Positions 39,623 through 49,681 of a stretch of DNA of 64,000 nucleotides are shown piece by piece (the stretch's first letter is position 1; every line of letters starts with the position of its first letter). Location of the stretch: positions 22,244-86,243 of the forward strand of contig CAXHZX010000001.1 of NCBI GenBank assembly GCA_964022265.1, written 5' to 3'. Below the pieces are notes generated by a model. That model was not told the DNA's origin, did not search any database, and saw nothing but the letters and a program-made list of their open reading frames with translations. The DNA is from an uncultured Oceanospirillaceae bacterium. GTDB lineage: Bacteria; Pseudomonadota; Gammaproteobacteria; Pseudomonadales; Balneatricaceae. A program made the position numbers and the translations under genes.

Positions 39623-41812
39623 ATGTACCTACAAGTAGCTATTGCCACAGGCCTTCGCCAAGAGTTTACCTATTTGGCGCCCGAAACAAGCCCTACCCAA
39701 CATCAACCTCAAGTGGGCGTTCGGGTGAAGGTGAACTTTGGCGCTAGTCTGCGCGTGGGCCTCATTGTAGGTATGACTGACACAACAGATATAGATATAA
39801 ACAAGCTAAAACCCATCACTGAGGTTTTAGATGAGCACCCATTGTTACCAAAGGATTTGTGGCAACTTGGGCTTTGGGCTGCAGACTATTACCAATATCC
39901 GCTGGGTGATGCTTTGATGCATCTTTTGCCAGCCAAGCTACGCCCGGGTGCAGCTAATGAGCTGATTCAACTTAATTGGCAAATGGTTGAAAGCCCGATT
40001 GAATTTGGCCGGGCAAAAAAACAACAAGCCATTTGGCAGCGACTAGAGAGATTGGCACCTGTTTTTAATTTGGGCCAGTTGCAAGATATTGATCTAAAGC
40101 CCAGCCAATTAAAGTATTTTTTGGATAAAAAATGGATCACCACCTGCTATCCAGAACCTCAAAAAATCAGTTTAAAACTTGCTGAAAAAGAGTTGACGCT
40201 TAACCAAGAGCAAGCTGATGTTGTCAATCACTTAGCCACTACAAAAGATCAATTCGCATGCACGCTTTTAAATGGTGTCACAGGCAGTGGCAAGACCGAA
40301 GTTTATTTTCAAACCATTGCTTGCCAGCTTGAAGCGGGCAAACGCACCTTGCTTCTGGTGCCAGAAATAGGCCTCACACCCCAACTTTTGAGCCGTCTAA
40401 AAAAGCGCTTTAATAATCGAGTGCTTGCACTCCACTCTGGCTTCACTGAGCATCAAAGGCTCAATGCATGGCAGCAAGCAAGTCTTGGCCAAGCAGATAT
40501 TATCATTGGCACCCGCTCGGCTTTGTTCACCCCGATACCAAATCTGGGACTCATCATTATTGATGAGGAACATGATCAGGCTTATAAGCAGCAAGAAGGT
40601 TTTAGATACCATGGCCGCGACTTAGCCATAAAACGCGCCTCAGACGCCAACATTCCAATCCTGCTTGGTTCAGCCACCCCATCTTTAGAAAGCATAGCGA
40701 ACGTTGCAAGAGGACGCTTTAAAGAATGTCGGTTAACCAAAAGAGCAGGGGACGCCAGCCTGCACCACTATGAGGTTATTGATTTACGGCACCAGAAAAA
40801 CTATGCCGGAATTTCTGAACGGCTCAAAGACATGATCGAGATTCAACTTGATTTAGGGCATCAAGTGCTTCTTATGCTCAATAGACGGGGCTTTGCACCT
40901 AGCCTGCAATGTCAGTCCTGCGGCACCACAGCCTTGTGCCCTGCGTGTGATGCGAATATGACCTTGCATCGCAGCCCACCTCGACTGCATTGTCATCATT
41001 GCCAGCACCAAACGGCGGTGTATCTAAATTGTCCACAATGCCATAGCAACAAGTTACAACCATTAGGCCAGGGGACCCAGCGCACAGAGCAGCAATTGCA
41101 GCACCTTTTCCCTAACACGCCAGTACATAGGATCGATGCAGACACCACTGCCAAAAAGGGTAGTTTGGAAACCATGCTAGCTAATGTGCAAAAGGGCGAG
41201 CCTTGTCTTTTGATCGGCACGCAAATGCTTGCTAAAGGCCATCACTTTGCCAACGTGACCTTGGCTGCAATTTTAGATGCTGACGCAAGTTTATTTAGCA
41301 GCGATTTTCGTGGCGCTGAGAAGCTGGCGCAGCTATTGGTTCAAACGGCTGGCCGCGCAGGTAGAGACCGCATCCCTGGTACCGCTGTCATCCAAACCTA
41401 TCAAGCAGACCACCCCACTATTAATATCTTAGTCAATGAAGACTACAACGCCTTTGCCAAGCAAGAATTGATGCGCCGCCAGCAAAGCGGTTTGCCGCCA
41501 AGCGGCCACATGGCACTATTCCATGCCCAGGCCAAAGATGCGAATCAAGCCTTTGCATTACTAGCTTGGTTGGCCCAGCAAATTAGGGATCCCAAGCTTG
41601 CCAGCATGACACGCTCGCTACTGGTATTTGGACCGATGCCCGCTTTTATGGCAAGACGCGCTCATTACTACCGCGCCCAGTTGCAACTTCAACACCCAAA
41701 CCGAATGATATTGCAGCAATTAGTGCAACATTTATGCACCCAACTTGATCTCCATCCAAAGGCTCGGAAAATACGCTGGAGCCTAGACATTGACCCGCAA
41801 GAGCTGGGATAA
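39623..41812 (+). CDS. priA: primosomal replication protein N' (PriA helicase)
   Basis: Walker A GVTGSGKTE, DEEHD box, and a Cys-rich zinc region (CQSCG...CPACD...CHHCQ...CPQCHS). ATG 39623 aligns with the E. coli N-terminus better than the GTG at 39593. Confidence 0.92.
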   Translation: MYLQVAIATGLRQEFTYLAPETSPTQHQPQVGVRVKVNFGASLRVGLIVGMTDTTDIDINKLKPITEVLDEHPLLPKDLWQLGLWAADYYQYPLGDALMHLLPAKLRPGAANELIQLNWQMVESPIEFGRAKKQQAIWQRLERLAPVFNLGQLQDIDLKPSQLKYFLDKKWITTCYPEPQKISLKLAEKELTLNQEQADVVNHLATTKDQFACTLLNGVTGSGKTEVYFQTIACQLEAGKRTLLLVPEIGLTPQLLSRLKKRFNNRVLALHSGFTEHQRLNAWQQASLGQADIIIGTRSALFTPIPNLGLIIIDEEHDQAYKQQEGFRYHGRDLAIKRASDANIPILLGSATPSLESIANVARGRFKECRLTKRAGDASLHHYEVIDLRHQKNYAGISERLKDMIEIQLDLGHQVLLMLNRRGFAPSLQCQSCGTTALCPACDANMTLHRSPPRLHCHHCQHQTAVYLNCPQCHSNKLQPLGQGTQRTEQQLQHLFPNTPVHRIDADTTAKKGSLETMLANVQKGEPCLLIGTQMLAKGHHFANVTLAAILDADASLFSSDFRGAEKLAQLLVQTAGRAGRDRIPGTAVIQTYQADHPTINILVNEDYNAFAKQELMRRQQSGLPPSGHMALFHAQAKDANQAFALLAWLAQQIRDPKLASMTRSLLVFGPMPAFMARRAHYYRAQLQLQHPNRMILQQLVQHLCTQLDLHPKARKIRWSLDIDPQELG

Positions 41813-41890
41813 TTGCAGCCGCTTAGAAGTTACTCACCAGCGCCATAAACAGGGGCTGCATTTAAACCATATAGAAGTCAAAACGCTACC

Positions 41891-43648
41891 ATGAAGCAAC
41901 ACATTGCAGACCTTATTCAAAACGCTATCGACACCCTTAAAACTGCAGGTGAGTTTGACGCTGATCTAAACGCCAATATCCAGGTGGACAACACTCGAGA
42001 CAAATCCCACGGCGACCTTGCCACCAACGTAGCTTTGACGCTTGCCAAAGCAGCCAGAAAAAAGCCACGGGACATTGCCCAACTTATTTGCGACAACCTA
42101 CCTAGCTCAGACTCTGTCACAAAAACTGAAATAGCGGGCCCAGGCTTTATCAACTTTTTTATCAGCCAAGACGCCACTCAAGCCGTCATTAATACGGTAT
42201 TAAACCAAGGTGAAAACTATGGCCGCAACAACCATGGCGGCGGGCGAAAAATACAGGTTGAATTTGTATCGGCAAACCCAACGGGGCCTTTGCATGTAGG
42301 TCACGGTCGAGGAGCCGCTTATGGTGCAAGTGTATCTAATTTACTAGAAGCATCTGGGTATAACGTAGAGCGCGAATACTATGTGAATGATGCGGGTCGC
42401 CAAATGAACATTTTGGCCGCCAGTGTTTGGTTGCGCTATTTACAACAGGCAGGCCAAGATATTGTTTTTCCAAGTAATGGCTATCAGGGCGACTACGTTA
42501 ACGACATTGCTAGCTCACTTCACAAAACTGAAGGAGATCGCTTGGTACATAACGCCGAGAAAGTGATGTCTGACCTGTATCCAGACGCTCCAGAGGGTGA
42601 TAAAGAAAAACACATAGACGATCTCATCGATCGTGCAAAAGCGCTATTAGGGCCACAAGATTACACCCTAGTTTTTGATGCTGGCTTAGATTCAATTCGT
42701 GATGACATTAAGCATGACTTAGAAGGTTTCGGCGTCAACTATGAGCACTGGTTTTCCGAGCGCAGCCTGGATCTTGATGATCAAATTAATAAAGCCATCG
42801 CAGCACTGGATGAGAAAGGCCATATCTACAAGGAAGGGGGCGCTTTTTGGTTCCGTTCAACCTCATTTGGCGACGACAAAGACCGTGTTGTTAAACGCGA
42901 TAACGGCCAAACCACCTACTTTGCTTCTGACATTGCGTATCATCTGAATAAGTTTGAACGTGGCATGGACACCGTAATTAACGTTTGGGGCGCTGACCAT
43001 CATGGCTATATTGTCCGCGTAAAAGCAGCTTTGAAAGCGCTTGGCATTGACCCTGATCGCTTGATCGTTAAGTTAGTTCAGTTCGCGATTCTTTATCGAG
43101 GCCAAGAGCGTGTACAAATGTCCACTCGAAGCGGCTCATTTGTCACCTTACGAGAGCTTAGGGATGAAGTCGGTAAAGATGCCTCTCGCTTCTTTTATGT
43201 GACCCGCAAAGCAGAGCAGCACATGGATTTTGACTTAGAATTAGCGAAATCTGAAAGTAAAGATAACCCTGTCTACTATATTCAGTATGCCCATGCGCGC
43301 ATTTGCACTTTAAACGCCAAGCTTGCAAAAGAAGATATGGCTTGGGACAAAGACTCTGGGCTTATGCATTTAGACCAACTCAGTGAAGCCTCTGAGATCA
43401 CCTTGATGCAGCAAATACAGTTGTATCCAGAAGTGCTCGCTCATGCTGCAGCGAATCATGAGCCACATCAAATTGCGCATTACTTGAAAGACTTAGCGAG
43501 CAATTTCCACACTTATTACAATGCCCATCGGATGGTGATTGAACATACCCAGTTACGCAATGCTCGTATGTGTTTATGTATGGCAGCTAGGCAGGTTATG
43601 GAAAATGGTCTTAGCTTATTAGGCGTTGATGCTCCGGAGCATATGTAG
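41891..43648 (+). CDS. argS: arginine--tRNA ligase
   Basis: Class I HIGH region ANPTGPLHVGHGR, the MSTRSG KMSKS-equivalent, and a DALR anticodon-binding tail. Confidence 0.95.
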   Translation: MKQHIADLIQNAIDTLKTAGEFDADLNANIQVDNTRDKSHGDLATNVALTLAKAARKKPRDIAQLICDNLPSSDSVTKTEIAGPGFINFFISQDATQAVINTVLNQGENYGRNNHGGGRKIQVEFVSANPTGPLHVGHGRGAAYGASVSNLLEASGYNVEREYYVNDAGRQMNILAASVWLRYLQQAGQDIVFPSNGYQGDYVNDIASSLHKTEGDRLVHNAEKVMSDLYPDAPEGDKEKHIDDLIDRAKALLGPQDYTLVFDAGLDSIRDDIKHDLEGFGVNYEHWFSERSLDLDDQINKAIAALDEKGHIYKEGGAFWFRSTSFGDDKDRVVKRDNGQTTYFASDIAYHLNKFERGMDTVINVWGADHHGYIVRVKAALKALGIDPDRLIVKLVQFAILYRGQERVQMSTRSGSFVTLRELRDEVGKDASRFFYVTRKAEQHMDFDLELAKSESKDNPVYYIQYAHARICTLNAKLAKEDMAWDKDSGLMHLDQLSEASEITLMQQIQLYPEVLAHAAANHEPHQIAHYLKDLASNFHTYYNAHRMVIEHTQLRNARMCLCMAARQVMENGLSLLGVDAPEHM

Positions 43649-43650
43649 GC

Positions 43651-44226
43651 ATGGCATCCCAAGATTACGCCAGAAAGAAATCAAAGAAAAAGCAGAAAAA
43701 GCCAGCTGTTTCTGGCTGGGTCATGGGTTTTACACTCGTAATTAGCTTGGCTTTTGTAACAGGCTTAGTCATCCTATCACAGCAACCAGATGACCCAAAA
43801 GCAGCGCCTATTAGTGTGAAAAAACCAACCGCTTCTGAAACCACAAAGCCTGAACCTAAGGTCCAAGCCGAGCCAAAGGAAGCCTCAGATAATTTTGATT
43901 TTTATACCTTGCTGCCAGACAGCGAAGTGATCCCTTCACAAGTTGAAGCTTATATTTCTACTCCTAAAGACCCTAATAAGAAAACCACCACCCTCCTCCA
44001 AGCTGGATCATTTAGAAAGCTTGAAGATGCGAATCGGTTGCGGGCTCAGTTAGTGTTACTTAATTTAGAAAATGTTGTGGCCGAAAAAACGGTCTCCAGT
44101 AGTGGATCAGTTTGGTACCGCGTACGTTTAGGGCCTTTTGATAATCGCTCTGCACTCAATAAAGCTGAAGATATTCTTGCCCAACAAGGAATCGCCTCAA
44201 TTCGTGTCAATAAGAGCTCCAACTAG
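43651..44226 (+). CDS. SPOR domain-containing cell-division protein
   Basis: Basic N-terminus plus one TM, a low-complexity linker, and a C-terminal SPOR fold (LQAGSFRKLEDANRLRAQL...WYRVRLGPF). Confidence 0.8.
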   Translation: MASQDYARKKSKKKQKKPAVSGWVMGFTLVISLAFVTGLVILSQQPDDPKAAPISVKKPTASETTKPEPKVQAEPKEASDNFDFYTLLPDSEVIPSQVEAYISTPKDPNKKTTTLLQAGSFRKLEDANRLRAQLVLLNLENVVAEKTVSSSGSVWYRVRLGPFDNRSALNKAEDILAQQGIASIRVNKSSN

Positions 44227-44254
44227 AGCTCTGTATCGCTTGTTCAGTTAGCGC

Positions 44255-44283
44255 CTTGAATTCTTGCCTTTCACCCCCAATCT
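44255..44283 (+). promoter_or_regulatory. candidate sigma-32 heat-shock promoter of hslVU
   Basis: CCTTGAA (-35), a 13-14 nt spacer, then CCCCCAATCT (C-run -10), compared with the consensus CTTGAA-N13-15-CCCCATnT. A 9-bp AU-rich hairpin (44284-44312) follows. Confidence 0.5.
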
Positions 44284-44356
44284 AAAACACATTCAAAGCT
44301 TACATGTGTTTTAGATGTGTAGAAAATCTGTCTTGGCACTTATATAGGAAAATAAA

Positions 44357-44896
44357 ATGACTACTATCGTATCCGTGCGCCGCGGAAATCAAGTTGTACT
44401 AGGCGGCGATGGCCAAGTCTCTCTTGGCAATACAGTCATGAAGGGTAATGCGAAAAAAGTCCGGCGACTATACCATGACAAAGTGATTGCAGGCTTTGCA
44501 GGTGGCACCGCTGATGCATTTACTCTTTTTGAGCGCTTTGAAAGTCAGCTTGAAAAACACCACGGACAACTGGTTCGCTCAGCCGTTGAATTGGCTAAAG
44601 AATGGCGCAGCGACAGAGCCCTAAGAAAGTTAGAAGCGATGCTTGTGGTTGCCAACGAAGATGCATCTTTAATTATTAGTGGCACAGGTGATGTGATCGA
44701 ACCAGAACACGGGCTTATTGCGATCGGTTCAGGCGGTAACTTTGCCCAAGCTGCAGCACTTGCCTTGTTAGACAATACACAGCTATCCGCTCACGAGATT
44801 GTATCGAAGAGCCTTGATATTGCAGCCAATATTTGTGTCTTTACAAATCACCAAACCACCATTGAAACCATTGACTCAACTTCCACGGTTAAATAA
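44357..44896 (+). CDS. hslV: ATP-dependent protease subunit HslV
   Basis: MTTIVSVRR (catalytic N-terminal Thr), GGDGQVS, GSGGNFA. Confidence 0.95.
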   Translation: MTTIVSVRRGNQVVLGGDGQVSLGNTVMKGNAKKVRRLYHDKVIAGFAGGTADAFTLFERFESQLEKHHGQLVRSAVELAKEWRSDRALRKLEAMLVVANEDASLIISGTGDVIEPEHGLIAIGSGGNFAQAAALALLDNTQLSAHEIVSKSLDIAANICVFTNHQTTIETIDSTSTVK

Positions 44897-44906
44897 GGCC
44901 ATCATT

Positions 44907-46229
44907 ATGTCTCAATTGACTCCGGCTGAAATTGTCAGCCAACTCGACAATCACATTATTGGTCAAGATGCGGCTAAACGTGCCGTGGCCATCGCGCTAA
45001 GAAATCGCTGGCGCAGAATGCAACTTGAACCCAATATGAGGGCGGAAATCGCGCCAAAAAACATCATGATGATTGGGCCCACTGGAGTTGGCAAAACGGA
45101 AATTGCGCGCCGTTTAGCAAAATTATCCAATGCACCTTTTATTAAAATAGAAGCCACCAAGTTTACCGAAGTAGGCTATGTGGGCCGCGATGTAGAATCC
45201 ATTATTCGTGATCTAATGGAGACTGCAATGAAGATGTTGCGCGAAGAAGCCATGGAAACAGTCAGCAACCTTGCGGCAGATCGGGCAGAAGATCGCATAC
45301 TTGATGCCTTGCTGCCACAAGCTCGAGTGGATGAAGACTCCTCTAACAAAGAAACAGGTACCCGTCAGATTTTTAGAAAGAAGCTAAGAGAAGGCGATTT
45401 GGATGACAAGGAAATTGAGATCGAGGTTTCTAATGCGCCGGCGGGCATAGAAATTATGGCTCCCCCTGGCATGGAAGACATGACCAACCAACTTCAGGGC
45501 ATGTTTGCCAATATGGGTAAGGATAAGACCCAAGTGAAGAAAATGAAAATTGCAGAGGCTTTTAAGCAGATTAAAGATGAAGAAGCTGCAGGTCTAGTAA
45601 AAGAAGACGACCTAAAACAAAAGGCGCTTGAGGCTGTTGAGCAAAAAGGCATTGTTTTTCTCGATGAAATCGACAAAATAGCCAAACGTCAAGAAAGTGG
45701 CAGTGGCGACGTCTCCCGTGAAGGCGTGCAACGAGACTTATTGCCCCTCATTGAAGGCTGTACTGTCACCACTAAATACGGAATGGTAAAAACAGATCAT
45801 ATCCTATTCATTACCTCTGGAGCGTTTCATGTTTCCAAACCCTCTGATTTGATTCCAGAGTTACAGGGGCGCTTACCGATCAGAGTTGAGCTTAACGCAC
45901 TAAAACCAGATGACTTCGCTCGTATCTTAACTGAGCCTAATTACTCACTCACACAGCAATATAAGGCCTTACTCAATGTAGAGGGTGTGGATTTAGACTT
46001 CAGTGAGGAAGGTGTTAAACGAATTGCAGAACTTGCATATCAAGTAAACGAGAGCACAGAAAATATCGGTGCCCGCCGCTTACACACCTTGCTTGAGCGC
46101 CTGTTGGAAGACTTATCCTTTATGGCTAACCAAGCCTCTGGCGCCAAAGTGCTCATTGACCAAGCATACGTTGACAGCAACTTAACTGACTTAGTGCAAG
46201 ATCAGGACCTTAGCCGTTACATACTCTAA
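44907..46229 (+). CDS. hslU: ATP-dependent protease ATPase subunit HslU
   Basis: Starts [20 protein letters not shown]. Walker [16 protein letters not shown] and Walker [10 protein letters not shown]. The ORF-track start at 44799 is an in-frame upstream artefact overlapping hslV. Confidence 0.95.
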   Translation: MSQLTPAEIVSQLDNHIIGQDAAKRAVAIALRNRWRRMQLEPNMRAEIAPKNIMMIGPTGVGKTEIARRLAKLSNAPFIKIEATKFTEVGYVGRDVESIIRDLMETAMKMLREEAMETVSNLAADRAEDRILDALLPQARVDEDSSNKETGTRQIFRKKLREGDLDDKEIEIEVSNAPAGIEIMAPPGMEDMTNQLQGMFANMGKDKTQVKKMKIAEAFKQIKDEEAAGLVKEDDLKQKALEAVEQKGIVFLDEIDKIAKRQESGSGDVSREGVQRDLLPLIEGCTVTTKYGMVKTDHILFITSGAFHVSKPSDLIPELQGRLPIRVELNALKPDDFARILTEPNYSLTQQYKALLNVEGVDLDFSEEGVKRIAELAYQVNESTENIGARRLHTLLERLLEDLSFMANQASGAKVLIDQAYVDSNLTDLVQDQDLSRYIL

Positions 46230-46240
46230 GCGTGACCCTC

Positions 46241-46270
46241 AAGCTGTCCAACTAACAGCGACAGCTTTTT
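46241..46270 (+). terminator. hslU terminator
   Basis: aagctgtc / gacagctt stem followed by a T5 run. The T-run overlaps the stop codon of the convergent gene. Confidence 0.55.
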
Positions 46271-46547
46271 AGTCAGCCAGGCAGCGCTTAAGCTGCTTGG
46301 CAACCTCTTCTTCAACCTGTGCTTTCATCGGTGCCAGCATCATACCTAGTTCAAGTTCAATTAGAGCTGAGCTTGGTTCAAGCGTAAGATTACCCTTTAC
46401 ACCAGTGCGCTCTAGGCGCAGATTATTGCCTTCCCAATGACTTTTGACCCCTAACTTAGACTCAAGCTTGGCACACAATACATCCACTGCAGCGCGGGCT
46501 TGTTCCATTGAAAGGTTATGGGATTGAGAGACTTTAACTCTGGGCAT
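46269..46547 (-). CDS. putative polyhydroxyalkanoic-acid-system family protein (about 92 aa)
   Basis: MPRVKVSQSHNLSMEQARAAV...HWEGNNLRLERTGVKGNLTLEPS...ELELGMMLAPMKAQVEEEV matches my memory of the PHA_gran_rgn family pattern. ATG 46547 is preferred over the ORF-track start. Confidence 0.5.
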   Translation of the reverse strand: MPRVKVSQSHNLSMEQARAAVDVLCAKLESKLGVKSHWEGNNLRLERTGVKGNLTLEPSSALIELELGMMLAPMKAQVEEEVAKQLKRCLAD

Positions 46548-46805
46548 AATGAGTTCCATAAAAGTGCGTTGCAAACAAACTTGCCTGCATTGCTTTGAGA
46601 TAAAATGAATTGATGATATTTTGCAATCTTGCGGGAACAAGCAACACTAAACTTTATATTCCTAATTTAAAGCAGTCTATAACTTTTTATTATTAGACAC
46701 CGCCACGGATGTTGGTAATATTCCCCCAGCGCAAATAAAAATAACAAGCGCAATAAGAAAAAAATATACCCTTAGGCCTAATAATAAAAATAAACATGGC
46801 CTCAG

Positions 46806-46833
46806 AAAGCAGCTCAATAGAGCTGCTTTTTTT
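46806..46833 (+). terminator. hairpin with a T7 run on the plus strand, just below the lipoprotein gene
   Basis: aaagcagctc-aata-gagctgcttt followed by ttttttt on the plus strand. On the minus strand the U-tract is only 3 nt. Confidence 0.5.
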
Positions 46834-46844
46834 ATGGGCGCGAT

Positions 46845-47225
46845 TTAGTTTTCAACACTGCAGCTTTTTTCTTCTATCCACTTTGAAACACTTAATAAGC
46901 GTTCTTTAAGTTGATCATACTCAGCTTGGGCAGCCTTAGAATCACTACTGCCATCAATCAAAAACAAAACAGGCCAGTATAAAACGCCACCAACAAACTC
47001 TAACCTCTCCATTTCAGCATCTTCATCACGCACATTGGCGATACTTTGCATTTGGGCTGTAATTCTTCTGGCCTCTGAAAAGAGCTGATCGCAACTAAAG
47101 GCATCATATGCCGCAGTGAAGCTAGGTAGGCTTTCATCTATGCTTGCACCGGCGCTTGTTTTTGCAGATGGGTTTGCACAGGCGAAAAGAAATGCACTGA
47201 TAAGGATAATCACTAGTTTGTTCAT
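46845..47225 (-). CDS. hypothetical lipoprotein (126 aa)
   Basis: Signal peptide MNKLVIILISAFLFAC with a lipobox-like LFAC. No family recognised and no clear SD. Bracketed by hairpin terminators. Confidence 0.5.
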   Translation of the reverse strand: MNKLVIILISAFLFACANPSAKTSAGASIDESLPSFTAAYDAFSCDQLFSEARRITAQMQSIANVRDEDAEMERLEFVGGVLYWPVLFLIDGSSDSKAAQAEYDQLKERLLSVSKWIEEKSCSVEN

Positions 47226-47354
47226 GAGTCGCTTTTAATCACATTAGATAATTCAAAGACCACATAAAAGTAAGCAAGCTTATCTTTTCTTCTTACGAAT
47301 TAGGTCAAGTCACTATTTTTGTTCAGATATGACTAGAAGTATATACCCAGAAAC

Positions 47355-47384
47355 AAAAAAGCCGATCAAGTGATCGGCTTTTTT
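47355..47384. terminator. bidirectional terminator (typA 3' end)
   Basis: A6 - gccgat caagtg atcggc - T6. Confidence 0.8.
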
Positions 47385-47388
47385 AACA

Positions 47389-49203
47389 TTAAGACTTCTT
47401 GGGTGCTCTTTTTCGAGCATTTTCAGTCAATAGGCGCTTACGCAAGCGAATGAAGTTTGGAGTCACTTCTACCAACTCATCATCTTCAATAAACTCAAGC
47501 GCTTGCTCGAGAGTAAACCGAATCGGTGGGCTTAGCACGATGTTTTCATCAGTACCTGCCGCACGGATGTTAGTTAACTGTTTACCCTTAGTTGGGTTAA
47601 CTGCTAAGTCATTGCCACGGCTATGAATACCAATCAACATCCCTTCATAAACGTCAATGTTCGGCTCTACCATCAAACGACCACGGGTTTGTAAGTTAAA
47701 CAAAGCAAAAGCCAAAATTTTACCTTTCACCATGGAAACCAAAACGCCCTTCTCACGCTCAGCCAATGCGCCTTGCTTCACTTGACCGTAGTGATCAAAT
47801 ACAGAGGTCATGACGCCACTGCCAGAAGTTAGGGTTAAAAACTGACCTCTAAAACCAATCAAGCCTCGTGATGGAATAATGAATTCCAAACGAGTACGGC
47901 CTTTGCCGTCTGGTTCCATGTTGGTCATTTCTGCTTTACGACGACCCATTTCTTCCATTAAAGAGCCTTGATGCTGATCTTCACAGTCAATCAGAACAGC
48001 TTCATAGGGTTCCATCATTACGCCATCGATTTCTTTTTCGATCACCTGTGGGCGACCTACACCCATCTCAAAGCCTTCACGGCGCATAGTTTCAATCAAC
48101 ACAGATAAGTGCAATTCACCACGCCCTGAAACTACAAAGCGATCAGGCGTATCACCTTGTGCAACCCTTAGAGCCACGTTGTGGATCAACTCGCGATCCA
48201 AACGGTCTTTAATATTTCGGCTAGTGACAAATTTACCGTCTAAACCGGCAAATGGAGAATCATTCACTTGGAAAGTCATAGATACCGTAGGTTCATCGAT
48301 GCTCAGTGCAGGCAATGCCTCTACGTTGTCTGGATCACAAATGGTGTCCGAAATATTCAAACCATCGATACCGGTGATACAAACAATATCGCCAGCTTGA
48401 GCAGTGGGCACATCAATGCGCTCAAGGCCCATGTAGCTCATTACGTTTTGCAGCTTAGCAGAACGAACCTTTCCATCAGCGGCAATCACTTTAATTTGTT
48501 GGCCTACTTTCATCGTTCCACGTTTCACACGGCCAACGCCAATAACACCGACGTAGCTTGAATAATCTAAAGCGGAAACCTGCATTTGCAACGGGCCTTC
48601 AAGGTCAACATCGGGTGACTTCACATTGTCAACCAATGACTCAAACAATGGCGTCATATCACTTGCCATGTCATCAGGTGAAAGGCCTGCGATACCCGTT
48701 AGAGCAGAGGTGTACATCACAGGGAAATCTAGCTGCTCATCCGTTGCGCCTAATGAATCGAACAAATCAAACACTTGGTCCATGACCCAGTCTGGACGTG
48801 AGCCTGGACGATCAATTTTGTTGATGACCACAATGGGGCTAAGGCCTTGTTGGAACGCTTTTTGAGTTACGAAGCGGGTTTGCGGCATTGGGCCATCTAC
48901 CGCATCGACTAACAACAAAACACAATCTACCATCGACAACACACGCTCTACTTCGCCGCCAAAGTCGGCGTGCCCTGGTGTGTCTACAATATTAATATGG
49001 TATCCGTTCCAGCTTACGGCCGTGTTTTTTGCAGTAATGGTAATACCACGCTCTTTTTCTTGGTCGTTTGAGTCCATTAGGCGCTCAGTGCCCTGGTCGC
49101 GACGATCTAAAGTGCCGGATTGTTCTAGCAGCTTGTCTACCAAGGTGGTTTTACCATGGTCGACGTGGGCTACAATCGCCACATTTCTTAATTTTTCGAT
49201 CAT
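47389..49203 (-). CDS. typA: translational GTPase TypA/BipA
   Basis: [39 protein letters not shown] 49203 has GGAG 7 nt upstream. Confidence 0.95.
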   Translation of the reverse strand: MIEKLRNVAIVAHVDHGKTTLVDKLLEQSGTLDRRDQGTERLMDSNDQEKERGITITAKNTAVSWNGYHINIVDTPGHADFGGEVERVLSMVDCVLLLVDAVDGPMPQTRFVTQKAFQQGLSPIVVINKIDRPGSRPDWVMDQVFDLFDSLGATDEQLDFPVMYTSALTGIAGLSPDDMASDMTPLFESLVDNVKSPDVDLEGPLQMQVSALDYSSYVGVIGVGRVKRGTMKVGQQIKVIAADGKVRSAKLQNVMSYMGLERIDVPTAQAGDIVCITGIDGLNISDTICDPDNVEALPALSIDEPTVSMTFQVNDSPFAGLDGKFVTSRNIKDRLDRELIHNVALRVAQGDTPDRFVVSGRGELHLSVLIETMRREGFEMGVGRPQVIEKEIDGVMMEPYEAVLIDCEDQHQGSLMEEMGRRKAEMTNMEPDGKGRTRLEFIIPSRGLIGFRGQFLTLTSGSGVMTSVFDHYGQVKQGALAEREKGVLVSMVKGKILAFALFNLQTRGRLMVEPNIDVYEGMLIGIHSRGNDLAVNPTKGKQLTNIRAAGTDENIVLSPPIRFTLEQALEFIEDDELVEVTPNFIRLRKRLLTENARKRAPKKS

Positions 49204-49578
49204 CTTACTACTCCAAACGGCCCTAAAAATCATGGCCTAAATACGTATAGACACCACCAAAAGGGAAGCGCCAAAAAAAAGCAGCGCGAATTATAGCAAA
49301 ATTAACCCACATAACACAGCACTATCCGTTTTAACTTGAAGCTCATTTTAGTTACGAAGCCGTCTTTGACAAAATGCACCTCTATAGAGCGCAATGACTT
49401 CAAATCAGCTCCAATTTAGTGCAAAATTACACCAGCCCTCAATTCAAACTGTTCAAAAACGAAGCAAGCGCGCAAGAAACCCGCTGAAAGCCATCGGAAT
49501 AGTAGAAATTCGACATAACCTCGCCTAAAAACGCCTGAATTAAGGACTTTTAGGAAAAAATGTTCGCATCTACTAATC

Positions 49579-49594
49579 TGGCACGACCTTTGCA
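49579..49594 (+). promoter_or_regulatory. sigma-54 promoter of glnA (glnAp2 type)
   Basis: Exact TGGCAC-gacct-TTGCA, about 90 nt upstream of the glnA ATG. Confidence 0.8.
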
Positions 49595-49681
49595 TTAATT
49601 TGAGGAGCAAAGTCAGTCTTGAGGCTGAAATAAATACGTTTAACTACCGGCAATAAGGCTGGTTCTGATTGGAGAGACTTT

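Noticed and set aside
44799-44906. 36-codon N-terminal extension of hslU overlapping hslV
   Set aside because: Conserved HslU begins [10 protein letters not shown] at 44907, just after the hslV stop. The extension is an out-of-frame read through hslV.
46693-46797. 34-aa hydrophobic mini-ORF (MFIFIIRPKGIFFSYCACYFYLRWGNITNIRGGV) as a type I toxin
   Set aside because: The AT-rich sequence trivially encodes F/I/Y-rich peptides. GAGG is only 2 nt from the ATG, and there is no clean 20-residue TM helix. Mentioned only as context for the antisense-terminator finding.
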